64,000 nucleotides of DNA, from positions 6,764,804-6,828,803 of the forward strand of contig CM119264.1 in the NCBI GenBank assembly GCA_051294375.1, read 5' to 3'. Shown here in pieces: positions 49,511 through 62,572 of this stretch (the first letter of the stretch is position 1; every line of letters begins with the position of its first letter). Both the position numbers and the translations under genes were made by a program. The notes beneath the pieces are model-generated. The model was not told the DNA's origin, made no database searches, and worked only from the letters and a program-made list of their open reading frames with translations. This DNA is from Paraspadella gotoi (taxonomy: Eukaryota > Animalia > Chaetognatha).

Positions 49511-50833
49511 CCCAGGCGTTGCGCGCCAAGAATGGACCGCCAGCGCCGCCCGGCTTCTCAAGCCACCCTAGAGACGGCGGCGGGGCTTCGACCCAACGCG
49601 CGATGGGGATTCTACAAATTCCCCGACTGTTACGACTACGACGCTCAGCGGACCGTTTGCGACGGATCTGTCGGTAAGTTACTGTCTTGGGAATACTGCG
49701 AGGGGAATACCGTTAGATCATAACTAAGTAATACTTAATAAAGTTAAAATTATCTTTCGCCGTCGATTAAGCTTCATTTAAATATCTTTCAAACTCCTGC
49801 AATCTACACAAAGTCCGCAAATACATATGTTGCCTTCGTCCCGTGAGTTTGAGAGATGAGATCACATGCTCGCAATGTATGTGTTTCTCTAACGTTGATT
49901 ACAAAAAACGAAGCTGTATCTTTTCAGCCCTCTCATTTGTCAATTTGCTTCTCATTTTGCTTTTCTATCATATCACCCTCGCTCGACAGTCTGGTACAAC
50001 GACCAACTGAGTTGGCTTTGGAACGCTAGTTCAGCCCTCTACCCGTCCGCCTACTTTGGCGCCAACTTCCCGCCGACCGCCTGGCAAAAGCGGAACTACG
50101 TTCGCGCCCACGTCAACGAAGCGGCGCGCGTTGGACGTCGCGGCGCCAGCTCGCTTCCGGTTTATCTCTACGTCAGGTCAGTAATTGGGTGAGAGTTCCT
50201 CCGTTCCTTTCCTCTCCTCCCTTCCTTTTTCATTTTCCTCCTTTTCTCCATTCCTTTCTTTCTTCCTCCTTCCCTCCCTTCCTCTTCACCATAACTCTTT
50301 CCTTTTCCTCCTTTTCCCCATTCCTTTCTCTCTTCCTCCCTTTCCTCCTTTCCTTTCCTCCCTTCTCCTCCCCATCTCCTTCCTCCAGATATTCCTATTC
50401 CCCCACCTCCTTCGCCTCCGCCTCCGACCTCGACGCCGCCGTCAGACTTTCGGCGGATCTCGGTGCCGCCGGCGTCATCCTTTGGGACGCCTCGGCGCCA
50501 TTCGGCGACGCCGCCTATTGCGGGCGCCTGAAGGCGGCGTTGGAGACGACGCTGGGGCCGCTGGTCAAGCGGGTCGTCGACGGAGCGAGGGAGTGTTCGA
50601 GGAAGGAGTGCGGGGGGAAAGGGAGGTGCGTGGTGGAGGGGGAGGTGGGGATGGAGGAGGAGGAGGAGGAGGAGGAGGAGGAGGAGGAAGAGATCGATGA
50701 AGAGTGTGGCAATGTGATGGAGGAGAATGTCACCCTGATGGAGAGTGCAGAAAGAGACAAAGTTTACGATCCGTCGACGAAGTGTCGTTGCTTTTTCGGG
50801 TGGACGGGAGATCGTTGTCAAGACCCAGCGTGA
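46286..50833 (+). CDS. Hyaluronidase-like glycoside hydrolase family 56 (~439 aa); exons 46286-46508, 46943-47070, 47166-47342, 49516-49673, 49990-50176, 50389-50833
   Basis: Family motifs in order: hydrophobic N-terminus, FGVFWNAPS, NGGIPQLANL, GLAIIDFEQWRP (catalytic DxE), RPNARWGFYKFPDCY, NDQLSWLWNASSALYPSAY, LGAAGVILW, and a C-terminal EGF-like domain (CSRKECGGKGRC...CRCFFGWTGDRC). GT-AG introns. Phases are consistent once two missing bases in exon 4 are restored. Confidence 0.95.
47556..47597 (+). promoter_or_regulatory. Candidate type 3 Pol III promoter of the RNase P RNA gene (PSE-like 47556-47572, TATA 47590-47597)
   Basis: TATAAAAA ~30 nt upstream of the RNA. AAACGAAATGTCGTTTA resembles the motif at the same offset upstream of the MRP gene. 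Confidence 0.55.
47623..47921 (+). ncRNA. RPPH1: Nuclear RNase P RNA
   Basis: CR-I GAGAAGGUCUGAG (47684-47696) pairs with CR-V AAUUCAGACUAC (~47898-47909) to form P4. P1 AGAGGcGGUA/UGCCaCCUCU, 5' AAGCUCAUC as in metazoan H1 RNA, P3 GGGAAC/GUUCCC, P10/11 UGAGAGC/GCUCUCA with CR-II CAGAAA and CR-III UGUGAA. About 300 nt. Confidence 0.95.
47924..47928 (+). terminator. Pol III oligo-T terminator of the RNase P RNA gene
   Basis: TTTTT directly after the 3' strand of P1. Confidence 0.7.
48263..48303 (+). promoter_or_regulatory. Candidate type 3 Pol III promoter of the RNase MRP RNA gene (PSE-like 48263-48278, TATA 48298-48303)
   Basis: TATAAA 27-30 nt upstream of the RNA; AAACGGATCTCGATTA starts 35 nt upstream of the TATA. 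Confidence 0.55.
48325..48575 (+). ncRNA. RMRP: RNase MRP RNA
   Basis: P1 GUAGC(C)GCGA/UCGCGCUAC; P2 AUCCAA/UUGGAU; P3 CGGAAU/AUUCCG. CR-I GAAAUUCCCUG (48392-48402) pairs with CR-V AACAGGGAUUAC (48549-48560) as P4. MRP-diagnostic GARAR pentaloop on P8 (GGUA-GAAAG-UACU, 48410-48422), P9 ACC-GUAAA-GGU, P10 AUUCCGG/CCGGAAU, P19 ACGC/GCGU. About 250 nt. Confidence 0.88.
48576..48580 (+). terminator. Pol III oligo-T terminator of the RNase MRP RNA gene
   Basis: TTTTT directly after the 3' strand of P1. Confidence 0.7.
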
Positions 50834-51473
50834 TAGAAGTCTTGCATAATTCAAAATAATTCATAAAATAATTTTTTTTTTTCGTATTTCACTATCTGAT
50901 TATTAAAATGCAATTACACAAGTTTTTCTGAAAACTTTGTTTATCATGAAGATATTAAAGCCGGCAAAATTAGATTTGGAGTATAATTTTTTTATTTCAT
51001 TCGAAATTACATACCTTGTGCTATATACATGGTATATACATGTTCGTAGTATGTATTATATGTACGAGAAGCGAGGGCTGCTCTTTTGTTTTGAAATTGT
51101 GAGAGCGAAAGAGAGCGCAACCTAACCTTATGTTGAAATGATTGCACTGTTAGAAAACAAAAGCTCAGTTTAAGACGTATTAATATAATCAGTTCTACTT
51201 CTAGTCAATTTCGCAGCATAACCGGTGGGTAAGCCAAATAATATGATTTATAGTATTATGGTATTAAATTATTAATACCTTTTTATGGCCACTCAAACAG
51301 ACACGAGCATGAACTTATTTCCAGCATTACGGAAAAGACGTCCTTCTCAAAATGCCAAAAAAAAAAAAATAGAGAAAGGAGAGAAAACGGGGAAACGTTT
51401 TGGCGTCAAAACGCAGAAAAAGAAAGACACTACCGCCGCAGCCGCAGCCGCAGCCGCCGCCGTCGCCGCCGCC

Positions 51474-52242
51474 TCAGCAATGCTCTCTCATCGACGACGA
51501 CTATTTTGCCCCCAAAAAAATCCCGAATTAATTTTAGCGATGTTTGCCAAAGGGCTAACTGATGGCAGGGCGCAGGGAGTGGTCGGTCGATCTGTCATCA
51601 AACTCCGTCCATCGTGCATCCATGAAAAAATTTGATTCCACCAGAAAACATCGAACGCGATTCGATCGTCAGGAGCGTCAAAGTCGATAATTAAAATAAT
51701 AAATAAAAGGAAAAGAAACCTGAGGAATTCATCTTACAGCAGTCAAATCAAGGAAGAAAGATTAAAGAAAAGAAAGAAAGAAAGAAAGAAAGAAGGACCG
51801 AATGGATTGCTCTGAAATTCCAACAAATTCTCGCGTCAAAGCCTACGTGTCGCTTCTCTCCAGACCTCAGAATTCAGCCGGCATTAAAAAAGTAGCAACA
51901 TTCAGTATCATACGACGATTGACGAGATGAAAGACGACTGCTCTGGTACGTCGAGTGACGACGAGCTCGACCGCAGTGACAGTCCATAATACAGCCTCTC
52001 CGCCGCCTTCCCGGGGGCGGTGATAGAAAAAAATGGTATCGGAAACTATATAAACTTTCCTCTCCCCTACGGAACGGCGGAAATCGCAGCAATAAGAAAC
52101 CGATCCCGTATACTAATGGTTTCGTCAGATAGTTCAGAAACCATTCTATCTTTCGTGCTCTCTTGCCTACTCTTACTCTTCTTCTATGTCTCTCCTTCTC
52201 CCATCTTTCTCTCTCCTCTCTTCTCTCTCTCTCTTCTGCTCT

Positions 52243-52281
<39 letters not shown>

Positions 52282-52366
52282 CTCTCTCTCTCTCTCTCTC
52301 TCCTCTCTCCTCTCTCTCCTCTCTCTTTGTTTCTCTTCTTCTCCCTTCTCTACTTTCTCTCTCTTT

Positions 52367-52406
<40 letters not shown>

Positions 52407-55400
52407 CCTCTCTCTCTCTTCCCTCTTTTTTCTTTCTCTTCTCTCTCTCTTCTCTCTTTTCTCTTCTCTCTCTCTCTCTCTTCATGGGGGTTGGTCCGAT
52501 CGTCAAATACGAACAGAGGTTTCCGCGGCGGTATTACAACCCAATCATAGGTGCTTTCCCCACTCTGTGTTCCGTCCTCCCTCTCTTCTCTTAACCGCGC
52601 GCCCCCCGTCTCAAAGTCTCGGGTCCAGTCCCGCCTTGTTCGCTTTTAGGCTGTACTCATCCGAAAAAATGATCGAGCATCCCTCTTCTCCTTTCCTCTA
52701 TCCCTCGCCCCCCCCACGGTCGGCCTTGAGACTTTCCCCGTGGATCCCTCGACTCCGTAAATAATTGGGCGCATCGTCGTCGGGGACTCTCAAGCGCTGC
52801 GAATGACGTCTCGCAGAAGTACTGCTTCAGCAGGCTTCTTTTTCTCTCTCTTCTCTCTAAATGTTTTCTCCTTAGTTTTTCGCTTTTCACTCTTTGTACA
52901 ATATTTTCCTTCATGTAATCAAAGAATAACAAAAGTTATTATAGAGATGTATCAAGATGAATGGATAATTTTTATAATTGGTTGTACTAACGTTCTATAT
53001 TTAATAATTTGTAATTTAGTAATTTCGTTAGTTCGTCTCGTGTATTTGAGGCACAATATGGTTTGTGTGTTCTCTACAACGAATTTTCTCTCTATTTTTG
53101 GAACGGATCGTTCTGGCTTTGAGTTGCAAGCCTTCTTCAAATTGTTGACGGCTGAAGGAAGGCCTTGCAACTATAGCGAAACATTTCCGTTTTTTCTATG
53201 AAAAATAAAAAAAAATTTGTGTTGTAAAGACAAGGAAAACCAGTTTCTGCGCTTCAATATTTATAAATTGTGAGGCGTATATTAATATATATTACCATAC
53301 ATTCACAGCTGTATCCCAATGGTACTTGGTCGGTATTACATTGGTAGCTACTGGATATTGAGAATGTATAATTGTTGGGTCGGTAACGCATTGTCAAAGA
53401 TAAGTCTTTACCATTCTCTGATTACTCTATTCTTTGAAATCATTATACTTTTTATTAAATTTTTGGATTTGCTTTTTTTACTTATAAAATTAAGAATTCT
53501 TTTATTATCAAATATTTAGTAAAAATAGTTTTAATAATATGAATTATTTAAACTTTTAATTTTGTAGATAATAAGTGGATTAATGCAAAACTTAATATAA
53601 ACAATATTAAACAAAATATATAAAAAATATAAAAACATTGCTAATTAATTGATATTAAATTTTATTTGAAGTTGATGAGCGACGTATTGAATCATTAAGC
53701 CAGAACAAAATGTTGCTATTTATTTTCAGATAAATTATACACTTTAAATACAACTTAAAAAAAGTAATAGCAAATGAAACAAGGCGTAAGTTTACGTAAT
53801 TGTATTGTTATAAAGTAAGGAATTAACTGTGCAGTGAATGGTGAAAAGCTCTTGGAGATAAAATATGAGGTAGTTTTCTTACTTGTGCTCACTGCTCTAT
53901 AAAAAGCGAGAAAATATTTCAGAAAACCATTATTGAGTTTATCACAATATTAGATATAATAAATATATTGATCACAATAATATAAAATTTAGTAGCTTAA
54001 TTTAAAAATGAAACAAATATATCACTTACAGATTTTTTTTCAACACATTTTATGTAAGTTACACTTACATGGTTTTCCTTTATTCAATTTTGTTTAAAAT
54101 TTAGCTATCATATAAAATAGGTCCTACATCTATGTGCATAATTTCATTTAAAATGAATTAAAAGTTTTTCGATCTGAGTATAGAAGGCAGTAAGCTTTCT
54201 TAACAGACATTATGCGTCATATTGAACAAAACTTTTGTTTTACTTTTAGTCCTTTTTTCGAAGCGACCTCTCTAAACACTGTTGCAGCATTCCACAGACA
54301 AAAGACAGTGAAACTTGCACCAGATGTCAGACTGCTGCGAAGAGACTAGTAACCTGGATTAAGGGCTAAGCATAATTAAATTATTTAATGATTATAGGAA
54401 AAAATACCTTGAGTTATTTTTATCTTCATTAAATTACATTTTTTTAAACTTTTTAATATCGGGGGATCAATAAATATTTTCATGGAATGCCGGTATGCTC
54501 ATGAAAAAAAATAATTTTTTATGTTTACTTTTTTTATTCAAAAACAACCTGATTGACATAATTTGACGAAAAAAAAATGCAAAGCGTTCAAGCTTAGCAT
54601 TTTTTCCCTACTTTTGCAATATTTGCACATTTGTAGAAAAGTACTTTATACTCACGAAACTCTATAGTAAATCATTAATTTCTACAACTCCGAACACATT
54701 GTTAGAAAGTGTATTGATAAGGATCCGCGAATGAGGATCGAAGAGGGAGACATGCGCCGAAAGAGGATTTTTGTATGTTCACGAAGGAAGAGAATCCTCT
54801 TCCTTTTCGCCGGCAATAGTTACTTAAGCGATGTGATAACCCATCATGGTATACGGTGTTCACAATGCACGTCTCTCCGTCTGTGGAGAAGGTCTGGCTG
54901 TACTAAACTAGCGATCAATTTTACTTCAACAGTCGCTGGACTTGACACTGATCCCTCTCGCAGCTTCGCCAAGCGATCCATGCTGCCGCGATGCAGCTCA
55001 CTACGCGGACACGGGTTCGTCACTTTCTACGATCCATCTCTTCTTACACTCGGCATCTTNNNNNNNNNNNNNNNNNNNNNNNNNTCAGCAATGCTCTCTC
55101 ATCGACGACGACTATTTTGCCCCCAAAAAAAATCCCGAATTAATTTTAGCGATGTTTGGCCAAAGGGCTAACTGATGGCAGGGCGCAGGGAGTGGTCGGT
55201 CGATCTGTCATCAAACTCCGTCCATCGTGCATCCATGAACTAATTTGATTCCACAGAAACATCGAACGCGATTCGATCGTCAGCGTCAAAGTCGATAATA
55301 AAAATGATAATAAAAGGAAAGAAACCTGAAGGGAATTCATCTACAGCAGTCAAAATCAAGGAAGAGAAAGATAAAGAAAAGAAAAGAAAGAAAGAAAGAA

Positions 55401-55625
55401 AGAAAGACCGACAGATTCCTACTGAGTCCAACAAATTCGGTCAAGCGACGTCGCTTCTCTCGACGCCAGAATCCGGATTAAAAACAACATCAGTCAACGA
55501 CGACGACGACGATGAAGACGACGACGATGAGGACGACGAGAACGACGACGACGACAACAACAGCCTCCGCCGCCTCCGGGGGCGGGAAAAAAATGGATCG
55601 AATACATAAACTTTCCCTCTCCCCG
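51474..55625. repeat. Direct duplication of ~550 bp (51474-~52065 noisy copy; 55085-~55625 cleaner copy just after a 25-N gap)
   Basis: Both begin tcagcaatgctctctcatcgacgacgactattttgccccc. The first copy accumulates insertions towards its end. Confidence 0.9.
53102..53191. ncRNA. Pair of degenerate hammerhead-like motifs in inverted (divergent) orientation
   Basis: Plus strand: ACGG-CUGAAGGAAGGCcuugcaacuauaGC-GAAAC-AUUU-CCGU (53148-53190). 53102-53139 is an imperfect reverse complement of it. Confidence 0.45.
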
Positions 55626-55658
55626 GAATCGTCCGTCTAATGGGTCTAATAGTCGAAC

Positions 55659-55702
<44 letters not shown>

Positions 55703-56136
55703 CTCTCTCTCCCTCCTCCCTCCTCCCTCCATCCGACATTGATGTGGAATCCTTGAGATGAGAATCGAGACAGCGACGACTCAGTAGCCAAAACGGCATT
55801 CTAATGGCATGGGTTCTGATTGGTCAATTCTCATTGCACAATGCTCTTTTGTCATTGGTCAATGCTCATAGGTCAACGGTCTTTGGTCAATCTTTAAGCT
55901 TCTCTCGTCCATCTTTTTTTTTTTTTGCAATTTGCTCATTTGTTTTGACTTCGTTTCATGATTGTCAATTCGTTTCCCGATTGGCCGAAATCTTTTTCTT
56001 CTTTCTGATTGGACTTGTCCTAGGCGGACATTCTGATGTATGGCGTTTTTAAAGGAAAACTGAAAACTGACCCTCTGTGGAAACTGGAAAGTCATGGAAA
56101 GGCGGCGAGAATATTAGTCTCAGACACTCTAACATT

Positions 56137-56246
<110 letters not shown>

Positions 56247-56722
56247 AACTAAAGGCGCTTAAACAAAAGCGAATACGTATAGACGAAATACCAAATCCAA
56301 ACGCCAACGTTTGAGGCAAAACAAAAGGTTTTTTTTCCGATTGAGCAGTATTCCGTTTCACAGAAATACAATACAGTATAAAGCAGCAAAAATCTCGAAC
56401 CTGAAAATAGATAACATCTGCGCCTTCTACATCAGAGTGTTTCGAAGGCAAAGTTAATTAATAGCAAACCATTCTTACATTATAATTATAATATTGAGTT
56501 TTTTTTTACTAAAGAGTATCGATGGGAATGGGTAAGATTTCATGATTCGTTATTTAATGTTGAGGTACAAAAAAGAAATATAATTTAAAACAAGATCGGT
56601 TCATCCAATGTTTTGCGCCGCAGTGACTTTATTTTCACGTGTATTTCTCGTGACATGACATGACGTGATCTGGCATGACATGACTACAATTACCTTCTTT
56701 GCCCATATATTTATGACACACA

Positions 56723-56801
<79 letters not shown>

Positions 56802-58214
56802 GAGAGAGGATCAACGAATCGTCGTGATACGTAGTCATTGCTCATCGTCATAGTCGTCCTCTTTGTCCGTTGCTTTGCCTTCGGAAAAAGTTTCGTTCTT
56901 TTCATGATAAAAACCATTAATAAACGAAAATCCCGACTTTTTAAACGTTAAGAATTGCGAAGAAAAAGGTCTTTTGACAAAAAGTTAAAAGATTTAATGT
57001 TTGTCGAAGTATATATATTAGTTCTGTAAAGGCAAGGTTAAAAAAATACAGTCGACAAACAAAATATCGTTAACCGTTGACGTGTCTCCGTCAAGTCTTG
57101 CAATCTGACTTTTATTAACGCGATATCATTTCGAGGCAAAGGTCACGTTGACTCATCAACGAATCGACGAATGAGAAATCGTCATTACTTTTCTTCTTTT
57201 TCTTCTGACGCGCACCGGGTGGATTCGTCTATAAATTGATAAATTATATGCCAATTAAAAGATTAAAACGATACTAATGGAAGATATATATTCATAAAAG
57301 GGAACCAATAAACAAAACGATACTTTACCTTCTTAATAAGTACTTATGTTCCTAAATTCATATAATGTAACTTTTTAACTCGAGCTTCAAAACTGGATTC
57401 AAGAATTTCGAAATAAAAAAAATAAAAAACTCTTTTTCAAAATTCCATCTCCGCGATTCTGATATTTATTGATTCGGGGTCGAAAGCGACGATCGACCCC
57501 TTGTATGCGGAGGGAATAATGATGTCAACGAGTGGAATAGACTTGAGTCGCGAATCCAACCCCAAATTCCGTCTCTCGATTTCGTCGCAGAAAAATCCAA
57601 AAAAACTATCCACAATATATCCTCTAAGTAAAACATACTGGCGCAAATAACTGCATTCAATCCTCATAGTTTTATTGAAAAAAAGTTTTCCATATTTTTA
57701 TTCGTCGTAATACCTTTTTCCCTGCGATCCCTGCGATCATTCTTACTCACCTTTTACCAAGTCTTAACTATATTAGTTGTACCAATTTCATAAGACTCAG
57801 CAATAGTTTTCACTCCATTCTTCAAGATCTCTCCTTTCTAAGAAATCAGCGCGTGACTGTTTAATCCCTAAAAAACTTTTTTTCAGTTTTCTTTTCTCAC
57901 TGTACCTATGTCGTATCACGTAAATCTCCCCTTTCAACATCAATACAATTTCGTTACCCTTCCCCATCTCCTCTCCACCCGCCCCTCCATACCCCATCAC
58001 CGACACCATCTTCTCCCTCTCTCCCTTCCCGACCCCCGGGAGGCGGCAATAAACGTTCAGGGATCAAGAACTTGACTCGTGCTTCCCTCGGTTTCGACTC
58101 CCGGTCATTTCCCATCGCGTGTCCCCGTCACATTACCACAAAACATATTTGTCTCCGATTCGGAGTCGCAATAAAAAACCGGGAGCCTCTCTCTCTTCTC
58201 TTCTCTTCTCTCTC

Positions 58215-58276
<62 letters not shown>

Positions 58277-58706
58277 CTCTCTCTCTTCCAAACTCCTTTC
58301 CTCCTTTTTCTGTTGGGAGAAAAATAAATTACTTGTTTCTGAAACTTCGATCCGCTGAAACGTTTTCATTTTGAAACTTTTACTTGGGTCCTTGAATATT
58401 AATTCGCGTCATTAGTCAAGCCATCTGTTCCAACTCCCTCCGCCTTTTCTGCCCTTTCCTCTCTTTCCTCGTTCCTCTCCTCTCTTTCCTTTCCTCCACT
58501 TTCCTCTACCGCCTCCCTTTCCTTCCTTCTTTCTCATCCAAACTCCATTGCTCGACCCACATTTGATCATAAAATTGCGCGCGGAACTTTGCTTAGTCTT
58601 TTTCCTTAATTGCTTCCGATTCTTCGAATCTCCTTGTTTTCCTTTGCTTTTATATGGCTGGTTTCTACTCTCTCTCTCTCTCGTCTTCTCTCTCTCTCTC
58701 CTCTCT

Positions 58707-58778
<72 letters not shown>

Positions 58779-59440
58779 GGATATAGCGCAGCCGATCTGT
58801 TTAATGGTTCCTCCCTTTCCTTTCTACCACAATTGAAACAGCGTTGAAGACTTAATCTTTTCCTTTTATTTCTTTTTTTCTTTTCCTCGAAGATTCTCGC
58901 GCCAATTGTTTTGTTTTTTTCTTTTTAAATCCAGTTATATTCAACGTTAATGTATTTACAATTACATTCTTGTCTTTGTTACCCAGGCCTCTCTGAAAAT
59001 CAAAATGGCAACACGAACAAAAGATTTGTTTGCTTTTTGATGATCGACTGTCAGTTGGCTACAGTTACGGAAGGGAAATGACCTACACAGTAGTGAAGCT
59101 TTCTACAGAGATTCGATGCTCAGAACGAATAGCCTCGCTGGCCACGCCCAGATTCGTCGACGTTAACCCCATTTCCTCGTTAATTCTATCCAGTTCATGA
59201 ATTATCTTCATTAAATATTGGGCATTTTTTAATCATATTTTTTTCCATATTCTCTGCCTCTCTCGAACTTTATTGTTCTTTTTTTTTCACGCGATTAGTT
59301 TAACTCGGTTTTTTTTATCTAAGTCCCTCACTCACCAACATCCCTACCTCCCTACCACCTTTTCCCACACCCCCTTCACCCAGGAGAGGCGTGGGTGGGG
59401 GATAAATCGTGGCTCTCGTGCGTGACGTCATAACTTGTGA

Positions 59441-59524
<84 letters not shown>

Positions 59525-61080
59525 CCGGCGTCGAAACCAAATGAGCGACGGAAAACTCATTTCGCTGGAAAAAATCGATCTGGGGGTTTGGGGTTTTTTT
59601 TTGGTTTCCCCGCGTTTTAATGTTTACCATTCATTAAAATTTTGTAGATATTTATTCTTTTTTTTAGTTATAAAAATTTTAAAAGTGAAGGTTTAGTAGA
59701 TACAAAACGGAACAGTTGTAATTAAAAGAAGGTCGGTGGTATTGACATACATAATTGAAAAATATGCTTATTCAATGTTTTTTTTTTCAAAAAAATATTC
59801 AATGAAACTACTATGTTGTTTGCATTATATAAATCTTGTCTGTTATTTGTTAATTTTTCCCCCCAAAAAGTACCCAGTGAAATAAAGAATTTTTATTGAA
59901 GAAACTGGACAGCAAGATCAATAGCGAAACTACTTACTACCCTTATTCCCTTTAGCAAGATTTGAATTCCGACTATAAACGAACAGACGACATTTTAATC
60001 CTTTGATGTCGACCTCAGCTGAATCATTTATCTCTCAAACTTATTCGAATATATTTGGTGGAGGAACATCTTCATTTTCGCGAGAAAGAAGAGGAGGAAG
60101 AGGAAGAAGAGGAAGAGGAGAAGGAAGAGGAAGACGAGTCGATTGTGAATCGATTTTTGTTCTTACTTCTAGAACCATTAATCTCTGGAAGAAGAAGAGA
60201 AAGCGAAGGCTCTCGCCCGAGGTCGTCGCATCCTTTTGGTGCCTCATATCCTCGAGGCACAGGGAGTTATCCAGAAGCGGCTCAAGACTCGAGAGCCTTT
60301 GAGCGCCTCATACCACCTGATGACGCGCTTTTTTCTCTATCGGTACTCAAAAGAAGATTTTGGTCGCTTGACATCTGGTGGTAGACGCCCTAAAAACCTA
60401 AAAAACTTGGGACATCAAGGACTCGAGAGATCATCATTTTCTCGGGTTTGCCAATATGCACGGTGCCCCACGACCTCTTGGAGTCAAACAAAAATTGAAT
60501 TCAATATCAGTCTTTTGGATTTATTTCTGAAACGTTTCATTTTGAATTTTGAGTCAGTCTCAATATATTAAGTCTGTTCAGCCCCGCGGCGACGGTTCCT
60601 CTGCAACCTGCAATCTAATTTTCAGTCACTCTGCGACGCTTCGCAGTTCACCCCATAGATTCAACCATCGCGGGCGTTCAACTCCATCTCGCTTTTCTTT
60701 CCCAAGCTTTTTTGATCGTTTGCCAAATCCTGGTTGTTTGGTTTCGCCGACGAGTCGACGACAACAATAACGACGACGACCAGATACCAAGGTTGACAAG
60801 AAACGAACACAAATGTCGTCACCCTTTTTTCCTCCGCCTCCTTTTTTTTACTTACCCTTTTCTCCAGCTCAACCTTACCTTCAACCTCCAACGCGCGTCT
60901 CGTGGGAAGTGTGAATTTCGTACTCCGTCAACTTTTCTTTTTCTTTTTCAATTTTTTGTTTTTCATTTTAAAAGGTTTTAGTACAAAAAAGCGTCTTTTT
61001 TAGATCAATGACAATGCTTTCTATTTTCTTTATGTTATTCTTTTTTTTTCTTTTTCATTATTATATTTATTTTTATTTTT

Positions 61081-61144
<64 letters not shown>

Positions 61145-62525
61145 TATTTCTTTTTTCTTTCTTTCCTTCTTTTTTTTCTCTCCTTTCTTTCTTTCTTTCT
61201 CTCCTTCTTTCTTTCTTTCTTTTTTTCTTTCTCTCTTTCAATTATTTTCTATTTCTTTTTCTTTTCAGTTTTTTCTTTCTATTTTTTCAAATCCCTTCGC
61301 TCTCTCCCTCAAGACTTTTCAGTTTGCATGACCATCATCATTTGCCACTTTCAACGGAAAACCAAGAAAATCCAAGGTGGCGGAATTAATACCTTTTTTT
61401 TCAGATTTATTCTTTTTTTTCCAAAAACTAAATTCGCGAATTTTTATTATTTTTAGCTTTTAGCATCGATCACAAGCTTCAAGGCGATTTCCCGCCTTGG
61501 ATTTAAACTCATAAGAAAAATTAGATTTGCAAATTTTGAGATTTTTCGTTTTCTTTTAACGCCTTGAGAAAACTCTTGGCTCGATTAGAACTAAAAAAAA
61601 AATAATTACCGGATATTTCAAACCCCCAAGAGAAAACTCTCCAACTGCCTGAATATGAATCCTACAAATAAGTATTAACAATAAGTATTCAAACATTTTT
61701 TAAAAGATTTAAGATACTAAAAATTTAAAAAAACAATTGCTATTTTGTTGAAGTGCATGTGCAAGTAAAGATCTAGTGGGTACCGATAAAGTTGATTTTG
61801 AATGTTGTCGTAAAAAAAAGCTTCCTTTTTTGTAAAGCCCTCAGCTATAAGTGGTTCTAATTACTCCCCTCTATTGTCTCTCACAAATCTACGTGAGGGA
61901 CTAAAGTCCCACCCAAAAAGTAATGTAGAAGACGAAAATATACAAGGTTAAGACCTTGGTAAGTCGCAAAGAAGAAGATCACTAGAATTTTATTCTTTGT
62001 TCTTGGTAACTTTCCTTACTCGTCGCAAAGAGTTCATGCCGTAAAATTTTTAATTTTCAATTATTTACCGGCAAAGTTGTTTAAGAACTTTTAATAGTTT
62101 TTTTTTAAGCAGAAATGAAATAAATTTAACGTTGGCGATGCCCTTTTTTTTTCTCCAAAAGTGGGACAAATGAAGTTATACCTCTTTATACGGCGGAAAA
62201 ACCAACTACTTAGGTATTTTTTTCAAAATATGCAAATAAACTTGAATAGGCTTCGAAAGCGAGGCGCGTTATCTTTTGTTTAAAATTTTAATTCTTTCCG
62301 CGGGGAAACTTATTCTTTTTTTTATTCCCCGTTTAATATATATATCTCGAACCGTTCACCGTCAACCGTACACGCACTTCACAATTTGTAATATTCTCAA
62401 GAATATTCTATTTTTCTTTTATTTACGAAAAAAAAGTTCTCGACAAATTCAGATTTAAAATAGAAAACTTAGAGAAAACCAATTTTTTTTAATTTTTGTT
62501 ACAAAACGATTTTTGTATTTGGCAT

Positions 62526-62572
62526 AAAGCAGAACATGTTTCGGCTCTAATTCAAGCCTTCATCAGCGCTTT
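62526..62572 (-). ncRNA. Minimal type I hammerhead ribozyme (Penelope-like element type)
   Basis: Minus strand AAAGCG-CUGAUGA-A-GGCU ugaauuag AGCC-GAAAC-AU-GUU-CUGCUUU: intact core, palindromic ACAUGU, stem I AAAGC/GCUUU. Confidence 0.75.

Noticed and set aside
54731-55059. GC-balanced ORF containing GGAGAAGGTCTG, similar to RNase P CR-I
   Set aside because: No CR-V partner or P1 helix, no recognisable protein motif, and it is truncated by a gap.
58085-58112. GGTTTCGACTCCC B-box-like motif (tRNA/SINE)
   Set aside because: No A-box or cloverleaf can be formed.
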